The notes below the pieces were generated by a model. That model saw nothing but the letters and a program-made list of their open reading frames with translations. It did not search any database and was not told the origin of the DNA. Position numbers and translations under genes: made by a program. A DNA stretch of 64,000 bases, taken from NCBI GenBank assembly GCA_965644495.1, contig CBFFSA010000001.1, forward strand, positions 1,798,001 through 1,862,000, in the 5' to 3' direction. The stretch is from Perkinsela sp. CCAP 1560/9. Taxonomy: Eukaryota; Protista; Euglenozoa: Kinetoplastea. This document shows, piece by piece, positions 12,525-23,123 of this stretch (the first letter of the stretch is position 1; every line of letters begins with the position of its first letter).

Positions 12525-12867
12525 TTTTGCCCCACCTTCCATGCCCACCACCAAAGCACAACGGGATCAACGTCGTGCCCTTCAACAACAACAGCAACTA
12601 AACCAACAACAACAACAACTAAACCAACAACAACAACAACAACAAACACATTCCTCTACCTCTACCCCACCACTACCCCTACATTCCCCACTCCCTACTG
12701 CTACTAGTACTACTACTTCTACTTCTACTAGTACGGATACTACTCCTCCTCCTACGAGTAGTACTGGGAATACTACTACTCCTACCCCCACCACGGCCCC
12801 CACCCTCTCCTTCACCCCCACACGGTTACGCCAGGGCACACGGGATCTCGTGGTCCAAGCTCCGGAC
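12525..12867 (+). pseudogene. Third truncated duplicate of the ABCF 5' region
   Basis: ATG 12541 opens MPTTKAQRDQRRALQQQ...TAPTLSFTPTRLRQGTRDLVVQ; homology stops there. Confidence 0.85.
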
Positions 12868-12998
12868 CCATTTTGGAAAGTAATAGCGCATTTCTCCATC
12901 CACATGTACCCTACCTTGGTAGCTACTTTCACTCCACGTATTCTCTTACTCTATTTCATATTTACTTCAACTCATTTACCTTCTACAACCTTTCTTCC

Positions 12999-15665
12999 AT
13001 GCCCACCACCAAAGCACAACGTGACCAACGTCGTGCTCTTCAACAACAACTCAACCAACAACAAACCCATTCCTCTACCTCTACCCCACCACTACCCCTA
13101 CAATCCCCACGCCCTACTACTACTCCTACTTCTACTTCTACTACTACTCCTACTACTAGTACTACTGCTAGTACTACTACCAGTACTACTACTCCTACTA
13201 CTAGGATTACTCCTACAACAACTCCTACGAGTAGTACAACTCCTCCTCCTCCTCCTCCTCCTCCTACAACTACCAGTAGTACTCCTCCTCCTACTCCCAC
13301 TACCACTACGCCTACTCCCACTACCACTACTCCCACTACCACTACCACTACCCCCACTACTCCCACTACTCCTACTACTACCACTACCACTACTACCACT
13401 ACTCCCACTACCACTCCCACTACCACTACCCCCACTACTCCCACTACTCCCACTACCACTACTACCACTACTCCCACTACTACCACTACTACCACTACTA
13501 CCACTACTCCCACTACCACTACTACCACTACTCCCACTACTCCCACTACCACTACGCCTACTCCCACTACCACTACTCCCACTACCACTACTACCCCCAC
13601 AGCCCCCACCCTCTCCTTCACCCCCACACGGGTCCGACAGGGCACCCGGGACCTTGTGGTCCACGGCCTGGACCTCCACCACCACGGGCGGGAGCTCCTG
13701 GCCCACGCCGCCCTCACGCTCTACCCCGGCCACCGCTACGGCCTGCTCGGGGCCAACGGCGTGGGGAAGACCACGCTGCTGAACGTGCTGGGGGGAGCGA
13801 AGAGGGGGAGCGGGGAGGGGGGGAGCGGGAGGGGGGGAGGGGGAGGGGGGGGTAGGGGGAGGGGGAATCACGGAGAGGGGCGTCGGGGGAACAGAGGGGG
13901 TAACGACAGCGGGGGGATGAACCACCACAAGGGGAGGGGGGGGAACGGGGGTAGGGAGAATGGGGATGTGAACCCTACTGCGGTTACGACTGCGACGGGG
14001 AGGGGTAGTACGGACAGTAGGGGTAGTAGGGGTAGGGGTACGGGGAGTAGTCGTCGTCGTGGGGGTGGGGGTGGGGGTCGTAAGGGGGTGAGTACGACGA
14101 CGACGACGACCCCGTCTCGTGCTCCGTCGGGGCGTGACGAAAACGAGGAGGGTGAGGAGCTCCCGATTCCTCCCGGGGTGGAGGTGTTTCATTTAAAATC
14201 TGAGGTGGGGGCGGAGGAGGCGACGCCGTTGGAGATTGTGTTGCGCGGGGACACGGAGCGGGAGAGGCTGGAAAACGAGTTAGAGAGCATTGTGGGGGAG
14301 GAGGGAGCAGAAGAGAGTTCGACGGAGGCGAGTCCGGAGGATGTGGCGAACCGCATGGAGGAGATTTGTACCCGACTGGAGGAGCTGGAGGTGGATACCG
14401 CGGAGAGTCGTGCGGGGCGGATTTTGTTTGGTTTGGGGTTTGATGCGGATATGCAGCGACGTCCGGCGTCCTCGTTTAGTGGAGGGTGGCGGATGCGGAT
14501 TTCGTTGGCCCAGGGGTTGTTTCGGAATCCCGGGATTTTGTTGTTGGATGAGCCCACAAACCATTTGGATATTGAGGCGTGCGTTTGGTTGGAGAAATAC
14601 CTGCAAGGGCGCAAGGATAGTATATTGCTGCTGGTGAGCCACTCCCAGGATTTCTTGAACAACGTGTGCAATCAGATTATCCACATGGCCCGGGGGAAGC
14701 TCTCCTACTATGAGGGCAACTATGACCAGTACGTCCGCACGCGCGCCGAGAAGGAGATTCACCAGCACAAGAATTATGTACGAGAACAAAACCAAATCGC
14801 GAGCATGAAGGATTACATTGCCCGTTTCGGTCATGGCTCACGTAAACTCGCACGGCAGGCCCAATCCAAGGAGAAGACCCTTGCGAAAATGCAATCCAGT
14901 GGGCTTACCGAAAAAGTCGTCTCCGATCGTGTCATTAGCTTTGACTTTCCCAGTCGCGGCCCCCTCCCCCCTCCGGTGCTTCAATTCACCGAAGTCAGCT
15001 TTAAGTACCCCCGTCAGCCGACCCTGCTGCTGGAGAACCTCAATTTTGGTATGGACCTGGACACGCGGGTGGCCATCTGCGGCCCCAACGGGGCAGGAAA
15101 AACGACCTTAACCAAACTCATGCTGGGGGAGCTGGAGCCCACCCAGGGGGTGGTGACCAAAAAAGGGCACCTCCGGGTCGCGCGGTATCACCAGCATCTG
15201 GTCGATATCTGTGACCTCGCCCAGTCCCCTCTGGGGTTTCTCAAGGGGGCCTACCCGGAGTATCTAACCCCGGAGCCCCTGCGGGGCGCGTTAGGCCGGT
15301 TTGGGGTCTCCGGGTCGCTACAGACCCAACCCATGGAGACCCTCTCCCATGGACAGCGCGCGCGGGTGATGTTTGCCTGGATGGCCCTCACCACCCCGCA
15401 CATGCTCGTCCTGGATGAGCCCACGAATAATTTGGATATGGAATCAATTGACGCCCTCGCGGGGGCGCTGAATCGGTTCGAGGGAGCCGTCGTGGTGGTC
15501 AGTCACGATCTACGACTGATTGCGCAGATCGCGGAGGAGATCTGGGTCGTGGAGAAGCAAAAAGTGACCAAGTTTGCCGGGGATATTGCGGATTACAAGG
15601 CCCACGTGGAACGTAGGATTGCGACACTCTCCAGGGAGTTTGAAAGGAAGTTGAAGCAAAAGTGA
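12999..15665 (+). CDS. ABCF2: ABC-F family ATPase (ABCF2/ARB1-like) with a Thr/Pro-rich N-terminus and a Gly/Arg-rich insert
   Basis: Two ABC domains: GANGVGKT, FSGGWRMR and LLLDEPTNHLD; then GPNGAGKT, LSHGQ and VLDEPTNNLD. The linker ARFGHGSRKLARQAQSKEKTL is typical of ABCF2. The first ATG is at 12999 (the track ORF opens at TTG 12873). Confidence 0.9.
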   Translation: MPTTKAQRDQRRALQQQLNQQQTHSSTSTPPLPLQSPRPTTTPTSTSTTTPTTSTTASTTTSTTTPTTRITPTTTPTSSTTPPPPPPPPTTTSSTPPPTPTTTTPTPTTTTPTTTTTTPTTPTTPTTTTTTTTTTPTTTPTTTTPTTPTTPTTTTTTTPTTTTTTTTTTTPTTTTTTTPTTPTTTTPTPTTTTPTTTTTPTAPTLSFTPTRVRQGTRDLVVHGLDLHHHGRELLAHAALTLYPGHRYGLLGANGVGKTTLLNVLGGAKRGSGEGGSGRGGGGGGGRGRGNHGEGRRGNRGGNDSGGMNHHKGRGGNGGRENGDVNPTAVTTATGRGSTDSRGSRGRGTGSSRRRGGGGGGRKGVSTTTTTTPSRAPSGRDENEEGEELPIPPGVEVFHLKSEVGAEEATPLEIVLRGDTERERLENELESIVGEEGAEESSTEASPEDVANRMEEICTRLEELEVDTAESRAGRILFGLGFDADMQRRPASSFSGGWRMRISLAQGLFRNPGILLLDEPTNHLDIEACVWLEKYLQGRKDSILLLVSHSQDFLNNVCNQIIHMARGKLSYYEGNYDQYVRTRAEKEIHQHKNYVREQNQIASMKDYIARFGHGSRKLARQAQSKEKTLAKMQSSGLTEKVVSDRVISFDFPSRGPLPPPVLQFTEVSFKYPRQPTLLLENLNFGMDLDTRVAICGPNGAGKTTLTKLMLGELEPTQGVVTKKGHLRVARYHQHLVDICDLAQSPLGFLKGAYPEYLTPEPLRGALGRFGVSGSLQTQPMETLSHGQRARVMFAWMALTTPHMLVLDEPTNNLDMESIDALAGALNRFEGAVVVVSHDLRLIAQIAEEIWVVEKQKVTKFAGDIADYKAHVERRIATLSREFERKLKQK

Positions 15666-15998
15666 GGAAGGGGAGGGGGGGGGGGAGAGAACCAGGGCGG
15701 CGTGGGCGAGGCGGGTAAGGGTGGGCGAGGTGAGCACGACCCCTTTCGTTTTTTTACTCATTTTTATGAAGTTTGGATAATATTAACTTGAACCGTTCAT
15801 TCTCGTTCTTGTATTGTGACAAATTTCTTATTACAGTACTTATCATTGGGGAGCAATGTATGAGGTAATTTTTTTTAAAGGGAATCAGTCAAGGGAATGA
15901 ATCCATGTAAAAAATAAGTAAATTATTGTTGAAGAGTTTCCTTTGGTATTTTCCGAAGTAGTTCTTAGTTTTTCTTTACACCAAATTTGCATTTCACA

Positions 15999-16781
15999 AT
16001 GCTATCGCGGACTGTGCTTCATATGGCGGATTCCTTACCCCCACACAGCCGTTTAGGAAAGGCTCGTGCTAAACTTCCAGAGGAATATCAATTAGCTCAA
16101 TTTTTGCGCGACATCGACAACAAGCATTCCTCGTGGACTACAGATACTGCCGTGTGTCAATGGGATGGAGTCACGTGCACCGAAAGCGGTCGAATCAATT
16201 TGATTGATTGGGGATGGCGCAAGCTCGTTGGGACTCCGCATTGGGTACATTTGTCAAGCATGATGCCGAAACTGCATATTTACCTTAATGACAACCAGGT
16301 GAACGGGGAGATTGACTTCAAATTCTTACCGATGAGATTTTTCTACGCCAGGCAAAACAGATTCAAGGGTCGCCTAAAATTGGAAGATATGCAAGAACAT
16401 CTCAAATTCATCTATTTGGGTCATTGCGACTTACGCGGACCCATTTCGTTTCACGCACTTCCTCCTGGATTCGAATGTCTGTGCGCGCCTGTCAACCATC
16501 TCTCGGGATCTCTCGACTTCGGGGTTTTGCCACCTACCATGAGATCGTTGGACTTGTCAAACAACAACTTCTCTGGACCTGTCGATTTGAATAAGCTTCC
16601 ATATTGTATATCCCTGCGGTTAGACAACAACGCAGATCTTAGTGGCGCATACGACCCGATACTCTTTGCGCGCAGCATTGGCACACTGGGCACGCGGATT
16701 AAGAGACTACCGTCCCGCGAGTCTTATCCTTGCTTCTTGCCCCTCAGATACGTTTTCGATTCCTCGGTTTGGAACTTTTAG
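15999..16781 (+). CDS. Short LRR protein, 'LPLRYxFDSxVWxF' tail subfamily
   Basis: RLGKARAKLPEEYQL, AVCQWDGVTC, LRR repeats and FLPLRYVFDSSVWNF. The start could instead be 16023. Confidence 0.88.
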   Translation: MLSRTVLHMADSLPPHSRLGKARAKLPEEYQLAQFLRDIDNKHSSWTTDTAVCQWDGVTCTESGRINLIDWGWRKLVGTPHWVHLSSMMPKLHIYLNDNQVNGEIDFKFLPMRFFYARQNRFKGRLKLEDMQEHLKFIYLGHCDLRGPISFHALPPGFECLCAPVNHLSGSLDFGVLPPTMRSLDLSNNNFSGPVDLNKLPYCISLRLDNNADLSGAYDPILFARSIGTLGTRIKRLPSRESYPCFLPLRYVFDSSVWNF

Positions 16782-17539
16782 AATAGAAAATGATTTCTCA
16801 AAAATCTTTTGTTCCCTGTTTTAACGAATAGGGATTTAGAGTCTTCATTCCGCACCTTCATATCCATCACGTATGTATTTAGAGGGGGTACTCCTACCCC
16901 TCTAAATATAACTCCTACGAGTCAGCAGATCTTGCCGAGATACGGAGCGATAGCATTTCAACTCTTTCTACATGTAGAATCAGAGGACTTGATAAGCATA
17001 AGTAGTAAAAAACCGATGTTTGTTTCAGTTTCGCCGAAACATGCTGTAGTTTTTTTCGCATTCCAATCATTGATTTCACCATTTCACCAGTCGCTGATTC
17101 CTAATGGTTGATTTCACCAAGATGGCTTTGAGTTCATGACAGTTTTCCCGAATAATTCGACGAAATTCCAAAAATCGCTGCTATGTGCCGCAGACATCCT
17201 GTTGCTTTAAATAGAGAGCGTGGGGTATTGCCACCTGCCTCTTACACTTGTATAATCAACAATCGTTTGTGTGGCTCCATCAACTTTGTTTTCCAAAGTG
17301 GGAGAAGGAGATTTTTGTTTTACTTTGGATGGTAGCTATGCTGACATGAAGAAACTGCATACTCTGTGTGACGAATACAGATCATCTGCATAGATTGAGT
17401 AAAATGAAGACCAGAAAATAATTCTGTTATCCGCGTACAAAATGTGTTTAATTCACTTTTGTTCAAGTAACGTTTGAATTGGGTCATGGATCCAGTTTAC
17501 GTCATCGCGGTGCTGAAAAAATTTAAAACTTCCTCGCAG

Positions 17540-17875
17540 TGCGCTCTGGGTCATACTTTGCCGGCATGCCTCGAATGAGACTATCGTTCCGAAGAAAAAG
17601 AGAGTTCAGAGCTCGAGCTGAGCTGTGGAGCTTCCCTCGTGCACCTATTTCGAACACCAAAAGAAAGGTGGCTGGGTGCTCAAGCTTCCTGGAATGATAA
17701 ATCTTCGTGTACTTGTTCGTTTTCCGTTCACGCGCGTAGGCAAAGTTCTCCTCCCAGGGGCAAATTAGCTCGATTATGTACTCCTCTCCTTTCGTTAGTT
17801 TCACCCATCCGTCTGCTCGGGGCTCAGTATCGAGGTTCGTGAGCCACGACGGGATGGAGTTAAACTGTAGAAAAT
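17540..17875 (-). pseudogene. Restriction-like endonuclease fragment of an early-branching non-LTR retrotransposon (HERO/NeSL/R4-like)
   Basis: PRADG...IIELICPWEENFAYARERKTNKY...VFEIGARG matches the RPD...IELTVPWE...ERKxxKY...EVGARG motif. Confidence 0.75.
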
Positions 17876-17879
17876 CGAA

Positions 17880-18575
17880 ATTCACTGAATTCACTGCTTC
17901 GTGCTTCGCAAACTCAGAGCCGTTGTCGCAAAAGTACGAACCTGATAACCTCGCAGTGCTCGGATAATTTCCTGCGCAATGAGCTACGACCATTTGCAAG
18001 ACAGCTTGCGAAGGATGCCAAACCGGTGTTGTCGTTCTACAATACTGAGAAAAACGCAGTACTGTGCTGCGTCGGTTCCATGAGGTTCCATTCCCAATCT
18101 CATACCCATTCCCAGTCCCCATACGGGGAGCGAGTGTTCCCAGAATCGGGATGTTTGCTAATATCCGTCCTATTTGGTATCTTGAGGCGATTTGTGCCAC
18201 GACCTTCCTCCCGCCGAAGAAAAAGAAGACCAAGTGCCCCGATCTGTGTTCGCGTTTGATGAAACCGTAAATTGCGACACGCGAAAGCTTCACACCATCT
18301 TCTTTATGTATTGCAGTCGCTATTTGTTGTGGACTAAATCCCTTTTCCGAAAGGGAGAGAATTTTATGTCGCAGTGAATCTGAAATCGTAAGTTTCTTGC
18401 GCTTCCGTGACACCCTGGCTTTTTCCGTCGTCCCGTGCGCACTGTACTCGCCGAGAAATGTGCCGCGCTTGAGCTCTCGGTTCAGAGTAGCCTCGCTTAC
18501 TAAGGAGGCTTACTCCAACCTTTTCTGCTATTTCTTCTTGTGAGAAGCCTTGTTGATTATATAGCACTGCCATCG
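17880..18575 (-). pseudogene. IS30-family transposase relic (frameshifted)
   Basis: Collinear motifs across frames: QGFSQEEIAEKVGVS; FSPQQIA...LSRVAIYGFI; KIPNRTDISKHP...RSPYGDWE; FLSIVERQHRFGILRKL; CDNGSEFAKHEAV. Confidence 0.8.
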
Positions 18576-19244
18576 TTTCCCGGCCTTACAGGCTTAGTTA
18601 CTGGCTGCTTGATGTCCCTGCGGGCGACGTTAAGAAGATCGATACTCTCGCATGGGCCTCTGTTGTCCACTCCAGCACCAAATAACGAGTTACCTTACAC
18701 ACAGAGTTCTCGATTCGCCATGAACCAAGCAACTCATCGTACGCCCTCTTAAATAGGCGACTGAGGACACGGTCGTGAAGTTGGATGACAAAGAATCTTT
18801 TTTACGTAGAGTTTTTCAACCCAACGAGAAATTCGTAAGTTCACATCTGCGGGAGCTGAGCACTGTATTTGCCCCAACCCCACTATACCCAACCGTACGA
18901 CCGTCTGAACTTCGCATACGAGTCTTCCAAAGTACTTATTGAAGTCAGTTCTGTATTTTGTCGGATCATATCGATGACTCTTTCGGGCGAGGGGGCACCA
19001 TAACGAGGAGGCATGAACGCACGAGCGGTGTACCCGTTCCATTGTCTCAGACTTATTGTGGGACACTGCTTCGGGAACATTGTAGTCGCGTCCTCGGACG
19101 ATGAAGGCATGATTTCTGTGGTTGTAAGGAAGTAGGTGTGGAAGTAGGTGATGCCGTGGCCTCTAATTTCATCTTCTGTACCCCACTGTACAATTTCCTG
19201 TACAATTTTATCCATTGTATCCTCTGTAAATAACTTTTTAAAAT

Positions 19245-20090
19245 AGGAAGAGCAATGTGAATGAGAACTGAAAGAAAATGAGAAAACAAAAGTACTGTAT
19301 TTTTCTTCTGTGGCTATTAAAATGTTTTTATTCAAAGCATTACAGTACATACCGAAGCATTGGGTAACGAAGCTAAATGCCAATTTCGAAACATACAAGG
19401 AAATATGCAATGCATGAAATTTGAACAATCAATTAAGGTTACAAATCAAATATTGTCGGTTTTAAGTTCAGAATGTGAGCTCTCACAGAATGTACACGAG
19501 TTGTCTTCCATACATGTATAGTATAGGTGGTAGTTTCTCCCTTCTCCGAATTGCGTTGCTCAAGAGATGCTATCGCCTTCTCCAATGTATGCAAATGTTT
19601 TCTAGTTCTGGGTAGTTCTTATCGCCTTTTCCAAATAGGGGAATGCTTGCAAAGGTTTTCTAGTTCTCGGTACAGTTATACCATAACAATGCGCATTTCT
19701 TTGACAAGAAAGGATCTAGAAACAAACTTCTCTGGTACCCATCCAGTGACGCCACCTAATTTCGGGGTTTCTATGGCCCTATAGGGCTCATGAAATGTTC
19801 AAAGCTTAGGAAATCTGAGTTCCGTGTTTTACAAGAATTTCGTGCTGTTCCTTGGTGTTATCTTCATTTTGAAGTTCACTTACTAGTAAATCCTCTCTGT
19901 GCTGTCTCTGTGCTTCCCGAATTCGGTATTTGTGGCTACGAATTCGGTATTTGTGGCTAGTATGCATAACTTACTCGTTTCTCAAACTTCACAAGCCCCT
20001 GCACTTGCCTTGCTTTTCACTAGTTCGGGATCCGGGGTAGAACGCATTGCGGAAAGAATGCACAGACTTGAAAAAGGGACATGTTTTGAT
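19245..20090 (-). mobile_element. Degenerate, internally deleted copy of the hAT-like element at 23124-25495
   Basis: Nucleotide homology to 23440-23560, 23750-23840 and 24570-25060 (for example gtgacgccaccta.tttcggggtttcta.ggccctat..ggctc.tgaaatgttcaaagctt). Confidence 0.8.
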
Positions 20091-20341
20091 AAACTTTCAA
20101 GGCAGTGACTATTGGGGATACCGACAAGTAGTGCTTAACAGCGCGATAAATAGAAGGAAACTTTTCTTTCCGTACATCTGCCCACCACGTTTGATGTTTG
20201 ACATTATCAATTCCCCCGTCTACAGTTGGCCCGAAAAACGTAGCCTCCGAAACGGTCTTATTATCTCCCCCTATTTATAGGGCAACGCGCGCTCCTCCCC
20301 TTTACCCCTAGAGCCATTTTGTCTAGAAGACCAAAACATTT

Positions 20342-20978
20342 GAGGGGCTGCGGGTCGCGAGGTTTCACCGAGGTTTCGCACGCACAATAATTTTGTGAGG
20401 GTGATCACCGGAAAATATTGATTATCTATGTCTTATTTTAGCGAAGTGTTCTTTTGATTTATGTACACACATACTGTACCCCCCTAGTTATCAGTCACCC
20501 CTCCCCCTAGTTATCTGTCACATTTTAAAAATAGTAATTTTAATAATTAAAGTTAAATAGTATAGAGTAAAGCAATTGTAAGACAAAGAACTCTTCTGAC
20601 CCTTTTGAAAAATAAAAAATGTGGTGCAGATTGTATTGGTTCTCGTGTATAGATCATTGTGCGTGAATCCTCAGTATGAGTATGCCACATACATTAATAG
20701 ATCTCTTAAAAATTTCAAGCAAGAGAACCAAATCCTGTGTAGTCGTGGTTGTGGCGTTGTTGAACCGATTTTTGAAAGACGTTAAAATGAATTTATCCAG
20801 CACTGAGTATTGCTGTATTTCTATTTTATTTGCTGAGTTGTTGGACGACAAACTCTTGAGCATGGCTTTGAGGGGTTTTAGCTGAGTTTCGAGAGGTTTC
20901 ACTGAGGTTTCACGAGGTTTCACCGAGGTTTCAACAAGTTTTCACCGAAGTTTCACGAGGTTTCACCCGCAGCCCCTC
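20342..20978. mobile_element. Non-autonomous TIR element with GAG...CTC termini and a 4-bp TSD (Sola-like candidate)
   Basis: Perfect 14-bp TIR GAGGGGCTGCGGGT/ACCCGCAGCCCCTC with ATTT on both flanks, and subterminal gaggtttcac repeats. Confidence 0.8.
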
Positions 20979-22033
20979 ATTTCAGGGTAGGGCAAAAAAA
21001 TTCCAATTTTAGACCCCCCCCCCTGTATGCCCATTTCGTGCACCCCCGTGAATGCACAACTTACACTTTGAAGTGTAATTGTCGTGGCGCGGATTGTCCC
21101 GTAGTGGTCTCCAGCGGTCCATAGTGGCCCCAGAAATGCACCGAAGTTGCTCGGGGTCCACTGACGCAAGAGCTCCAAGCATCAAGGCACTTGGCGCGTA
21201 CCGATGACTGATCGAAAAGCTTCATGCATGTCTTTGGACGTTCTGTAGGGCTTAGTCTTCTCTTCTTATTGCGAGGCTACGCCCTGTAGTGGTTGCGCTG
21301 TCAGAATGACTTCGTGGGAACACAATTTATCCCGCAACGCGACAAGAACGGTAGGGCTAACGTCACGGGTTCAGGGCTGTGCCGGACTTCAGGGCTTCCA
21401 CGGCCCCAAAGAATCGCTTGCGCTCCTCACTGAGTATCCCCGCTTCTGGCCACCGAAGCATCTTCAAAAATCGGTTCAATTGGCATCCAGGTTCTTACGC
21501 ACTAGATAGCGTTTTGTAATAGTTCTACCAACTTCTGCCGCAAGTAACATAGCTTGCACAAGAGGGGTCAGACGCCAAAGCGATAGACGTGTTCGATGAG
21601 TCCTCTTCGAACGGACGGCCGTCCGATGACTTTACCTAGAGTTTTCGACAATCGAAGAGTTACCGATAACATTGTAAATATTTTCTTATGTTTAATAAAG
21701 TATTCCTTAGTGATTTATTGCCTCGAACATGAATGTTTTGTTCGTTTTTGTCTATTATAGATGTTTCCAAAACATCTATAGACTATAGAGCTTCATATCG
21801 GTGTTTGACGGCTCGGCCGTTCAACAGAGGTTTGTTGACTTATCGAGGGTCGTGTAGCACGAACGTTTGGGGTTGGTTCGGGGGTAAGACCAGGTGGCAT
21901 CTGGGCCCAGCACTCCACGTTCTGACCAAGACAGAGAGACAAGGTATAGAAGGTAAAGGTAATAAAACGATTATCTATTCGAAGCGCTTATTTGTGAAAT
22001 TGTGATGGCAAGTATCTAAGATAACAACTTTTA

Positions 22034-22149
22034 CTCCCCTCCAGGTTTATCAGTTCCACATCCATAAGTAAATATAATTATAATTATAATTAAATTTATA
22101 ATTCAAAAAAGTTATAATTTATACTTATAATTACTTATGGAGGGGGGAG
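22034..22149. mobile_element. Very small TA-flanked MITE (Stowaway-like ends)
   Basis: ta-CTCCCCTCC...GGAGGGGGGAG-ta around an AT-rich, self-complementary core. Confidence 0.6.
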
Positions 22150-22241
22150 TAGTACTATATTTTATTTTATACATTTAATGCTATTAATCAAACTTTAAGA
22201 GTTTTTCTGACACCCGATTGTACTACTATTAGTAGTAACTA

Positions 22242-22988
22242 ATGTCTCGCAGGACATTTTCGCATATCCTGTTTACGGCTGAGAACATTCCATCGTCACG
22301 TACCGGTCGGATTCGTGGTGTCAACGTCCCACAAGAATACGAACTTGCAAACTTTATCAAAGACGTCGGAAATACCGATCCCTCTTGGAATACCAACACG
22401 CCAGCATGTGAATGGAATCATGTGATATGTGATGAGGGAAATAAAGTATCTAAGCTCGAGTGGGCAGGTCGCAAACTGCGGGGCCGTATCTGTTTGAAAT
22501 TTCTCCCCCACTCAGTGCTCGAAATTCGTGCTCAACACAATAAACTTAGTGGGGAATTACCTCTCAAGGACTTGCCTCCTGCAATTGCGATCATTGACCT
22601 TTCCGACAATAGTTTCACTGGATCAATCGATTTGACATGTTTACCGCAAACTTTGCGACAACTAGTGCTCCAGCGGAATAAACTATCAGGAAACGTCGAT
22701 TTGGGCCGTCTGCCCCTAAATCTTGAGTTCCTAGCGATAGATGACAATGCCTTTACGGGAACTCCGGATCTACGTCGACTCCCACCAAATCTATCCTATC
22801 TTGATCTCAATAGAAATCAGTTCGAAGGCTGGGTAGAGTTTGATTCATTACCTTCAGGTCTGCTGGGTCTATGCCTGGGTTGTAATAAAGAACTTCAAGG
22901 TGAGGTGAAGAAGAGTCTTTTGCCTCAGAGTCTAAATCCTTACTTCGTAGAGATTGAGGGCACGAAGATACGCAAATCAAGGACATAG
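22242..22988 (+). CDS. Short LRR protein (close paralog of 37514 and 41250)
   Basis: 248-aa ORF with GRIRGVNVPQEYEL, TPACEWNHVIC, LRR repeats and IEGTKI. Confidence 0.9.
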   Translation: MSRRTFSHILFTAENIPSSRTGRIRGVNVPQEYELANFIKDVGNTDPSWNTNTPACEWNHVICDEGNKVSKLEWAGRKLRGRICLKFLPHSVLEIRAQHNKLSGELPLKDLPPAIAIIDLSDNSFTGSIDLTCLPQTLRQLVLQRNKLSGNVDLGRLPLNLEFLAIDDNAFTGTPDLRRLPPNLSYLDLNRNQFEGWVEFDSLPSGLLGLCLGCNKELQGEVKKSLLPQSLNPYFVEIEGTKIRKSRT

Positions 22989-23123
22989 AGATAGAAAGAT
23001 ATTTTGATCTACCATTTTATTTTGCTTTCTAGTAGGCAAGAAGTTCAAATTCGCAAATGCTTAGATTGTAATAGAATCAGGGGTCTGAAAATCTACAAAA
23101 TCTATTATTAGAAGTAATAATTA

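Noticed and set aside
13795-14160. Gly/Arg-rich ABCF2 insert read as a canonical intron
   Set aside because: There is no GT...AG at the homology boundaries and no stop codon; it is kept as an open question in the findings.
12541-14192. Long alternative-frame and antisense ORFs (12541-13782, 13040-13717, 13098-14192)
   Set aside because: These are stop-free artefacts of the low-complexity ACT/CCC repeats overlapping ABCF2.
17523-18413. 296-aa ORF read as a genuine IS30-endonuclease fusion gene
   Set aside because: The middle of the ORF is out of frame with the IS30 motifs; it is a chance read-through across two decayed elements.
21890-21920. gtggcatctgggcccagcactcc resembling the ingi/SIDER 5' signature
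   Set aside because: The upstream pairing half of the signature is absent and the match is too short.
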